Part shown: positions 39,397-50,837 of the stretch, in pieces | How the letters are laid out: each line of letters begins with the position of its first letter | Numbering within the stretch: position 1 is the stretch's first letter | Source of the DNA: Octopus vulgaris | Taxonomy: Eukaryota | Length of the DNA: 64,000 bases | Direction of reading: 5' to 3' | Assembly: GCA_951406725.2 (NCBI GenBank) | Contig: OX597829.1 | Span: forward strand, 31,744,001-31,808,000 | Program-made: the position numbers and the translations under genes | The notes under the pieces: model-generated | Databases searched by the model: none | What the model was told of the DNA's origin: nothing | The model's input: the letters and a program-made list of their open reading frames with translations, nothing else

Positions 39397-42300
39397 GATA
39401 TATACGACAGGCTTCTTTCAGTTTCCGTCTACCAAATCCACTCACAAGGCTTTGGTCGGCCTGAGGCAATAGTAGAAGACACTTGCCCAAGGTGCCACAC
39501 AGTGGGACTGAACCTGGAATCATGTGGTTTGTAAACAAGCTACTTACCACACAGCCACTATAAGTTTTAATACTTATTTAATTTTATCTTTTATTCAAAT
39601 CATTAACCTTCATCATCATCAACAATTATGATGACTATTGCCTACAAAAGCAAGAGTGAGCACACTTGTGTACAATATATTGGAGTTGTGTATCAGAGAA
39701 TATTTAGTTCCTTAAATAACAATGTTATGTGAGAAGAAATTTGCTTAACATGTTACAAATGCATTAGAAAGCTGAAGATTTGTGTTCTTAGTTTTGCTTT
39801 AAAATGAAATCAGAATTTATAGGGGTAGGGTCCAGTCATTTAAATTCACCACAGACTAGTTTTTTGGATAAAAGCATTGCAAAGGTTGTTAATGTCCAAA
39901 CACACACACACTATGGGCTTCTTTCAGTTTCCATCTACCAAAACTAATCACAATGTACATTATTTACATTTGACGGATATTTGTCCTCATCTTGTTTGTT
40001 GTTAACACAGTGTTTCGGTTGATATACCCTCCAGCCTTCATCAAGTATCTTGGGGAAATTTCGAAGCTGAGTTCTCATTCCTAAGGTATTTTTCGATGTT
40101 GTTGTTCTTATTATTATTATTCAGGTCACTGCCTGGAATTGAACTCGGAATCTTGGGGTTAGTAGCCCGCGCGCTTAGCCACTATGCCATATGCCTGTGG
40201 GCAATTATGGAGTGAATTTTAGGGCTTACAAAACTAATATTTTTCTATCCTTCCTTAATACCAGTTCCCATATGCTGCTCATATCTGCACTTGGTCTGCT
40301 TAGGAGGTTGTTGTGTCCTAGCATATGTACTGCTTCTTTTAGTTTTCGTATTTTCCAGTGTTGGTCTCCATTTTTCCATACATGATCAGCTATACTCGAT
40401 TTATCAATACCTCCTCGTGTCATAGCTTTGCGATGTTCGTCTACCCTTATTTGAGGGTGCAGTATGTTTTGCATTTTTATAACCTTCCACAGCTGCATGG
40501 GATGGAGTACATGCAGTTAAAATAATAGATAGAGAACACCACTGGAAAATACAAAAACTAAAAGAAGCAGCAACAACCTCCTAAGCAGACCGAGTGCAGA
40601 TATGGATAGCATATGAGAACCGGTATTAAGGAAGGATATGAGAATATTAGAGTTATAAGCCCTAAAATTCATTCCATAATATGACTCCAGGGGCATATGG
40701 CATAGTGGTTAAGAGCGCAGGCTACTAACCCCAAGATTCCGAGTTCGATTCTAGGCAGTGACCTGAATAATAATTTGTTAACAACAAACAAGATGAGGAC
40801 AAATTACTGTCAAATGTAAATAATGTACATAATTTCTCATCTCTTAAATATAGAACTGTATAATCACAATGTTTTGGCTAGCCCAGAACTTTAATAGGAT
40901 CATTTGCCCAAGATGCCGTGCAATGGAACTGAATCCCAAACCATGTGGATAGGAAGCAAACTTCTTACTGCATGTGCTATTAGATCTTGAAAGCAATTAT
41001 AATTTGATTAAATAACTAGGTTTTAGGTTAGATAAAGATATGGTACGAGATCTGATCAACATGTATCTAGATTGGTGCTATAAAAACAAAACTACAACAC
41101 ATACCAATTTGGCATTTAATCTCTTTCAGAGTAGTCCCCTTCAGAAGCCTCGTTCTTAATGCAGCACTGTTTCCATTGATGGAAGCATTCCTGGAACTTG
41201 TTTCCTGGGATAATCAGCAGCTGCCTCATTGCATTCACTTTGATCCTTGACATCCTGAAATCTTCTTTCCTTCAAGCGGGATTTGATTTAAGGTACCACA
41301 CAGTGGGACTGAACCTGGAACCATGTGGCTGAGAAGCAAGCTTCTTACCACACAGCCACACCACTCTTGTGATGTTTTTCTCAGTTCTGCTGGTTGCGGG
41401 TCTCCCAGCAAGTTCATCACTATCAACATTTTTCGCCCATCTTGGAAACATCTGAACTGCTCATTCCCTTGTGTGCGGCTCATACAATCCTCTTGACACA
41501 CTTTCTGCGACTTTGCATAGGCCTCTGAACAGGTATTGCCAAGCTTTTGGTTCAACTTTCTCTGTCATGTAATTGTGAAAATTACTTGGTGTTGTTAGAA
41601 TTATTAACCAGGATTTTCCTTTGTCTGCCAGAACTTATAGAAATATATACAAACATATATCATACCTATCTAAAACAACATGTAAGGAATTCAGCAATCT
41701 AACTGGATCCAATGTTTTGGATCATATCTGTGAAGTGAAAATATGATCCATGTATTGTTCCATTTCTTTGGATTCTACTCCAATACATCTAATGAGAATC
41801 AATTAACTTTTACTTTGTTCTATGTTTTGTCGTCAGGTTCTACCAAACAATTTATGAAGGTTTGGGTATATAGAAAGTTCCTACACTTGCTATCTCTTCT
41901 CTCTTTTCCCCTATCTCCCATCCATACTTCTAGCGCCTCTGTCTCCTCTCACTTCTACTCACTCTGTGCCTTGAGAGGCTACCTGGATGCTTTTTCACCA
42001 CTTTATCTCTTTGAAGCTCCTACTAATCATTCTCACCCTCCCTTCTAAATGTGAGTTGCCATATCACTTCTCTACAAAAAGAAACTCACTCTACCCACTT
42101 TTCTCATACTTTAACCATACATCTCCTAACAAAAAGTGTCCCCATCCCTTAGAGTTCAGTCTTGTGAGCTGCATGGTAGTCCAGTACATGCTGTAAAGTG
42201 GTCGGCATTAGAAAAGGCATCCAGCCATAGAAATACTAAAGGATTAAATATCGTCAAATCCTTTCTCAAAGATCTGGAAAACATCTTGGTTAAAAAAAAA

Positions 42301-44941
42301 TATTTACTTTTTAAATTTTTTCTCATTTCGATCATTAGACTATAGTGATGCTGGGGTCCTGTTTTGAAGGGTTTGGTTGAACAACTTGACCTAAGTACTT
42401 ATTTTATTTTTAAGTCTGGTAATATCTGTCATTCTCCATTGCTTAATCGGTAAGTTATGGGAGATGTAAACAAGCCAACACTAGTTGTCAAGCATTGGCA
42501 GGGACAAACACAGGTATAAAGACATGCACACAGATATGAATGTGTGCCTGCACCTATAATCTGAACATTTTCCTGAAATGTTTAAGCATGGACTTAATTT
42601 CCATACTGGTACCAGACAAGGCCTTGTAGTTTTACTGTTTTATCATTCAATAACTGACAATTCTTTGGTGTGTTGTTTTCCAAATGTAGAAAATACCTTG
42701 CATCTCTCTGTATTATTCATGGTTATCAACTGCAATGAAAAATCCCATTTTTAAAATTGATCATTATAAGTCAAAACAGTCTCACTGTAATGAGCATTGA
42801 ATGAGAAATTCTGTGTATGAATTGGACATTCAATATCAATAGATTTCATTGTCATCATTATCATTTTTTAAAGACCACATTTTCAGACAGGCTTCTTTCA
42901 GTTTCTGTTTACCAAATTCATTCACAAGTCTTTAGATGGCCCAGGGCTTTAGTAGAAGATGCTTCCTCAAGGTACTGCGTAGTGGGACTGAACCCAAGAC
43001 TATAAGGCTGGAAAGTAAGCTTCTCAACAACCGCAACAATACTTTCCAGCTGGGGCATGTATCTTTTACTATAGCTTTGCTTAACTCAAGTTTTGTGCAT
43101 GAAACTGAGTAGAAAGGAACTATGTGGAAGCATGTCAATTGGATTGTACCCATAATTTAAAAGTACAACCATGGCACACAGTATCACACTTAATTCTCTC
43201 TGAGGATTACATTAAGGGAACATGCATCTGTGTTACACTCAACCACTTGGACTATAATCAGTTAGCTGATCGTTCAGTTGATTGAGCAATTGGTAAATGT
43301 TAGTGACAGGAAAGGCATCCATGTGTAAAACAATGCCTCAATGCATTTTTCATCAAGCCCATTGTAGCATGAAAAAGCCAACTGTAAAACGCACATGGGG
43401 TGGGGGGTGTTGTGAGGGCTGTTCAAGCTATGTACAAAAATGGATTAAATAATGTGAGAGTCAAGGATGAATTCAGTGACAAATTTATTAGGAAGATAAG
43501 TGTCCAGCAAGGCTCAGTATTCAGTCTCCCTATTTATCATAGTCCTACTGGTCATCACATAGGATTTCAAGACCAATTGTCCACAAGAAATCTTCTATGT
43601 TGATGATCTAGTTCTCATGGCTGAATCTATAATGGAATTAGAAAGAAATACCGTGCTTGGTGGTTAAGCTTAGAATCATGTGACCTCAAAGTAAACTTAG
43701 CAAAGACTAATGTTTTAATAATTCAAGAAAATGGCCTTGCTCAATATGCAGAAAAGGAGTAGGTATAAATTCCATTCACTGTACTCAATGCAAGCTATGC
43801 ACACACAAGAAGAGTAATAGAACCACAAGGCAGGTTGACACAGAACATAAGGTTTGTATGTGATTAATGCACTGGAAAATTATGTATTATTAGCACACTG
43901 GAAATAGTTTCTCTTAAATGCTTGTATGGCTCACTAAAAATAATCTGTTATCTAAATGACATAATTAGCAGGAAAGGTGATGATTCAAAAAGTATAGTAA
44001 CCAGGTTAAGAATTAGGAAAAAGTTCAGGGAGTTACCACCACTGCAGGCAACAAAATCTATCCTCTCTGAGTGAAGGGCAAATTGTATGCTTGAGTTAGA
44101 ACTGCATGAAAGTGAGACTTGTGAAGTTTCATTGAATGCAGAAGACTTGAGAACATTAGAAAGATATGGATCTCGCTTGTTCAAATGGATGAGTAATGTT
44201 AGTATGCATGAATGCTCAAAGTCAAATGAGCTAAGAGGGGGGGGGAGTCAGGTGTAGTGTGCAAGAAAGAAGACTACAATGATATGGGCATTTGATGCAT
44301 ATAGATAATGACTGCTGTACCATGAATTTCAAGCTAGTGGAACTTGCAGATGAGGGAAACCAAAGGAGGAAGTGGCGAAGGCTGACCTGAAAATGCTGCT
44401 TCTACTGTTGAGGTCAGAAAGAACTGTTTGATTGGCAGTATGTAGTGCTATAGAGAACCCATCCATTCATAGCAAAACATACCTTGACACAAGTGTTTAG
44501 AAGCCTATATATATATATACGTTTTATCTATTATTTTGCACATTACTTAATCATCGTTATATGTTTTATCTTATATTTAATCTTTTTATAATATGTAATT
44601 TTTCTAAATGGTATAACTTAATTTTTCATTATTGAATTGATAAAAGGTGTTTTTTTTTCTAATTTATATATATATATATATATTATATTTTGGGAAATTT
44701 GATTTAGTATTTCTAAACTGAATTTTTCCCTGTAAGTTTGAAATTATATTCCCTCATATTATTATTATATATATATCATCATCATCATCATCATCATTTA
44801 GCGTCCGCTTTCCATGCTAGCATGGGTTGGACGGTTCAACTGGGGTCTGGGAAGCCAGAAGGCTGCACCAGGCCCAGTCTGATCTGGCAGTGTTTCTACG
44901 GCTGGATGCCCTTCCTAACGCCAACCACTCCAATCATCATG

Positions 44942-44974
<33 letters not shown>

Positions 44975-47900
44975 TATGTATACATACATGCTTGAAATTG
45001 GATGCTCTAAATGCACAACAAATTGGCTCTGAATAATAACTAAGTTAAACTCCTGCTGCTGATCCAGCAGATGGAGTATTCATACAGTTTAGGGCTATTG
45101 CATAGGATGAAATAAAAATTGGAATGTATTCCAATTAATGCCAATTCTAGTTGGTCTTTCATCTTACTCTTAGCTCCAAGAGCCTTCAGTGCTGTCAGTA
45201 CAATGTGCAGCAAGCTGTCATCCAGCATCTCAATTGTTGGCTTTCCTTTTTACTCAACTTGGGTTGATTTCCATCACTATCATGTTGTCCTGGAATGTAT
45301 TGTGCCACGTCTTCCTTGATCTTTCACTCGGTCTCTTTCCTCCTTTTGGTGTCCACTCCATTGTGATGGTAGCATGTCTTTGCTGCGGTAACCAAAGTAC
45401 ATGGCCAGTGAACAGTATCCATTACTTACTCCTACTCTCTCTTTTACTTGTTTCAGTCATTTGACTGTGGCCATACTGGAGCACCGCCTTTAGTCAAGCA
45501 AATCGACCCCAGGACTTATTCTTTGTAAGCCTAGTACTTATTCTATCGGTCTCTTTTGCCAAATCGCTAAGCTACGGGGACGTAAACACAACAGCATTGG
45601 TTGTCAAGTGATGCTGGGGGGACAAACACAAACACACACATACATATATATGATGGGCTTCTTTCAGTTTCCATCTACCAAATCCACTCACAAGGCTTTG
45701 GTCGGCCTGAGGCTATAGTAGAAGACACTTGCCCAAGGTGCCATGCAGTGAGACTGAACTCGGAACCATGTGATTGGTAAGCAAGCTACTTACCACACAG
45801 CCACTCCTGCGCCTTAATCCATGTTCTGTATTCTTTCATACTATATAAGGCAGATTTTGAAGAGAAGATGCATGTCATTTGATGTGGTCACAAATAGTTA
45901 TAAAAGGACTTTGATAAACAAACAGCTGATTGATTGTTTAACCAACAAATTAAACAAAAGATTGGTTAGATATTTAACCGGCCCACTGATTGACTAACAT
46001 TAAAGAAGTGATATTGAACCATGAATGTGTTAATTTGGCATAAGCCCCCACCCCACTCCCCACCAATCCAAAACACTACAAGATTTGTTTCAACACACAA
46101 ATTCACATGAAGAATCTCCAAGCCAAATACAAAAATGAAGTGCACCACTGTCTCATATCTTTATTGCTTACTCCCCCTTCGATGACCCTCTCCCATCTCA
46201 CTGCCTTCCATCTCTCATCTCTCTACCATTTCTGCCCTCACCCTTGTCTAGGCTCACCAGTGAGAGGCTATGTTGGATACCTGCCACATATATTCTAGCA
46301 CCCTACCAGCCAGCACTCTCTTATTGCCAACTAATTCCTACTTTGTCCCTTCATCCCATCATCAACTCTTAACCTTTGTTCACCTCTTCTATTGTCAATC
46401 ATTCCTCTATTGACTCCACCACTAGATATCCCTATCTTTACCCATCATACTCTTGCCCTTTCTAACTTCTCACCCATTCTGGGTTTTCTTCTCTCTCCCT
46501 CTCATCCCTCTCCAACGTCATGCCCTAAGTAACTACTGAGCACTCTCTTCGCTTGAACTCCTATCCCCACATACTCTCAACTATTTCTGGTCTTTCTTCT
46601 GCCGTTAGTCCATCTCCTAACCACGAGAAAATGCTCCCAGCACCGTGTGTAAAATGTCTAGCAATAGGAAGTGCATCTAGCTGCAGAAATCAAGTGAATG
46701 TAAGTGATAGTGATTATGTATATTTATTGTTATACTTGGGGATGGTTATCTGTTACCGATTGAACACACGCAGCGTGTCTCTAATAGGCAAGAGATGACC
46801 ATCCCCAAGTATGACAATATCTCTTTCCAAACACGATTTCACATAAAGAATCTTGCAAACTTGGTGTGTTCAGCTACCAGCCCAAGCTCCGTTGCTCGTC
46901 AGACTGAGAAAAGCAAACTGTCAAAGTATCGGCTGGGTTACCACTGCCATAAGTTCATCGTGGCAGTGGAGACCTCCGACATTCTTGGACCCTGCAAGTG
47001 CGAATCCAGTGAATTTGACTGTTCCAGCGCATCTCCCTCCCCATCCTCCGGGTCAACGCCTTTTCTATTTTGTCTGCTGGGACCATAAGGCAGTCTGTAA
47101 GAATTTCGTAGCTTACTACATGAACAATAAACTTATACAATACATAAACGATGTGTATAATTTTTTCTACAAATATGTCAGTGTGACCTATATCTTTCTA
47201 ATTATATTGATAATAGTGAGAATGTATAAATGTATACAAACGATTAAATGGGAATTAATATTTTTAATCAAGATATAAGACTAGGTTTTTTTTTATTGAA
47301 TCTGTTTTTATTTAATTGTTTTAGGGTTTTTTTTTAACTACATACTAATCCAAAAGACACAGACGTAGACGTTAGGTCTCAGAAGTTTGCTTTGTAAATG
47401 TACAGCTCACACACTGTGTCACATTTTTTAGCAATATTCTTCTAGTCCTGTCGACTGATTCCTTGTATGTTGATTTTGGCAGGCATAAACTGGGAAATAC
47501 AGATGTAAAATAAATTAAAGAATTGGCAAATTCGTTAGAGCATTGGATTGAATGTCTTTGTTTATTTGTTTTGGCTATTTATGTTTGAGTTCAAATCCCA
47601 CCAATGTTAACTTTCCCTCTCAGCCTTCTGGGAACAACAAAATAGTACTAGTCAACACTGAGGTCAATTTAATCAGCCATTCCTTTCCAATAATTTTTGG
47701 CTTTATGCTTTGCTAGAAATTATTAGTTTTTGTTTTGATTGCTTGTTTTTTTTTTCTTTTTTCAAAAATAATGTTTCTCAGTTTATTTATTTACAATATT
47801 CCATTTAAAATTTTATCTGAAGATAAACTATCTCTCTTACCAGGTACTGCATTCATAAACATGAACTGTACAATATCTTTGTCTTAGATGCTTATACAAG

Positions 47901-49912
47901 GAATTTGTCTTATATCTCATTATATGTTGGCTAATTGAGATATTCAGTAGACAAAAATATGCAGTGTAGAAATGTTGACTGGATATATAGATATGGTGTG
48001 TAGATGTTTAACAGGATATATAGACATAAGGTCTAAGCAAAACCCCACTCTGGACTATGTGAATGAGAGGAAACCATCTAAGAATTTCTGAATGGCATAG
48101 GATACGGCATTGGGTTGTAGTAAAATGAACTTTTATGAGGTTTTCAATATTGTTTTTTGTTTTCGTTTTTTAAAGATACAGTATGATGTTCTTTTTATTA
48201 TATTCATTTTTTGTGATTAGAGAGAGTTTTGTGATTAGATTAATTAAATAATATTTTACAGCTTAGAGAAGTGTTCATAAACTACAAATTATAAGAACAA
48301 AAAAAATTATCATTTAAAAATTGATTCGTGTTTTGTCTTCGGGGGTGCAGGTGGGGGTTCTGAAATCTGGAAAAAATTCCATAGTAAACTACCCTGGTGC
48401 ACAGTGTGCAGATTCAAGCAATAAAAATGATGAATACATTTTGGTGGTAGAGTGAATGTAAAATTGTAAATTTCTATGTCTATTCTAATTTTGGAAAAAA
48501 GTTAAACATTGACTCCATTTTTGTCCTACACTCTTATAGACCCTGTGGTTATTGAAGAGATGGATAGAAACGGTGTGTAGATACTGACTAGACAGATGGA
48601 CATATTGAATATAGATGCAAGCAGGATATATCTTACATATGTTTTTTCTGAACAGATATTTAACTTGATACACACCCACCTACATTCTAAAATCACAATA
48701 CATATTGATCAGCCACATATCTTGTGAGTCTCTGAATTTACAAAATTAGCTAAGATAATTAAAAAGAAGTGGAGAAAGATATTTTGCTAATGCCTTTTCA
48801 GGTTCTGAAATTTGCTTTTTTTGTTTGTTTTTTTTATATAGTCAACCAACAACAGAATTTGTTCCCGAAGTTCCTATGGATACTACGCTGACGACAAGCG
48901 ATACAAAGATTTTTGAAGATTCTAATGTCTTTCAGTCAAAGGCCGAACCAAAAGAACCACTTCCCACCTTTTCATTAGGTGACCAGTCTCAGGGTAAAAT
49001 ATATTGTTACTTTTTAATTTTACATTTTTTTTGGAGGAGGAGTGAGCCGGCAGTGGGAAGGTACCAATTTTTAAAATCGTTTTCCTCATTGGACATTATA
49101 AGAAAATTATTATGCTAGATACAAAAAAGTCTACAACAATAGATTATAGCTTTCTGGATGAACAAAAAGCGACTCTAGATTGGTGTGGGGTCAGTACTAT
49201 GGAAGAATTCCAGGTGCATGAAAGCTTAGAGATGGAGGTATATCTGAGATGAGAGAAAAATACATCTTTAACTTTAAAAAGATCATATTGCTATGGTTTT
49301 ACTTCCACCCCAATGCCATGTGGTTTTAGAAAATTCCTCAGTAGAGGATATGGAGTTACTCACTTCAACTTCATATAATTATTCAACCTGTTAGAAATTC
49401 TGCACATTACCCCCTACTATTTTAAATATATATATGTAGATAATAGGTGATATATAATGTATATATTCTTTTTGTTTCTTTTACTTGTTTCAGTCATTTG
49501 ATTGCAGCCATGCTGGAGCACTAACCTAAAGTGTTTTAATCCAAGAAATTGGCTCCAGGACTTATTCTTTTTAAGCCTAGTGTTTATTTTATCAGTCTCT
49601 TTTGTTGAACCATTGAACCATTAAGTTAAAAGGACATAAACACATCAACACTGATTGTCAAGCAATGGTGGGGACAAACACACACACACATAAATACATA
49701 CATACATATTTCAGTTTCCATCTACCAAATCCACTCACAAGACTTTGGTTGACCTGAGGCTATAGTAGAAGATGCTTTCCCAAGGTGCTGTGCAGTGATA
49801 TGTATATATATATATGTATGTATAAAAATGTCTTTTATCTTTTATCGGTCTCTTTTGCCAAACTGCTAAGAAACTGAAACATAAACACACCAACACCAAT
49901 TGTCAAATAGAC

Positions 49913-49945
<33 letters not shown>

Positions 49946-50089
49946 CAGTGGGCTTCTTTCAGTTTCTGTCTACCTTATCCACTCACAAAGCTTTGGTTAG
50001 TGTAAGGTTATAGTAGAAGACACTTGCCCAAGGTACCACACAGTGGGACTGAACCCAGAACCATATGGTTAGGAAGCAAGCTTCTTAAG

Positions 50090-50120
<31 letters not shown>

Positions 50121-50803
50121 TACACATATATATAATAAAAAGCAACAAGAGAATGAGACCTCGATATTAGACAAATAGAGTATTATTTATATATGTTACA
50201 ATTTAGAACAAACAGTGAAAGGTTGTCATTATAGTAATCAGAGTTTCGAATGTCAGAACAAAGAGCTACGATGCTTTCTCATCGACTATCTTTATATACA
50301 CATTACATATACATCATCACCATCATCATCTTAACTCCCACTTTTTCCATGCTTGCATGGCTGATAAAACTTGTTGAGATATATTTTCTGTGACCAGAAG
50401 GTTTTTCTGTTGCCATCCCTCACCTGTTTCCAAGCAAAGCAAAATATTTCTCCTTGTAACTTCAAGCATTGAACAATTCATTTGTACACAAATGACACTG
50501 AATGAGAACTTTTGTTTTAATCAGCATGCAAACATCAAGGCAAGAAGACACAAATGTACACACACACACACATGTGTGTATGCCATATAAGATCTGCAAA
50601 TCTGATGGAGGCCTCAAAAGACATGTTAAGATCTACTAAGATTGAACTTAATGCAACTCTTGGTGGTCCAAAAGCAGATATGCAATTTATGTAAGTGTCT
50701 TTTTTTAAAAAATTGGTTTAAAAAGCCACATCAGATGCCATTATAGATCTAAGGTGTAAGTACAAGAAGTGGTCAGACTCTGCATAGGGAGTAGGCAACC
50801 ACC

Positions 50804-50837
<34 letters not shown>

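Noticed and set aside
40691-40763. tRNA gene (Ser, ACT-like anticodon)
   Set aside because: The acceptor stem does not pair and it is embedded in a repeat; treated as a tRNA-derived promoter block.
48795-48841. Alternative acceptor ttttcAG at 48801
   Set aside because: It would add 40 nt and shift the frame; the 48841 acceptor has the stronger pyrimidine tract and the correct phase.
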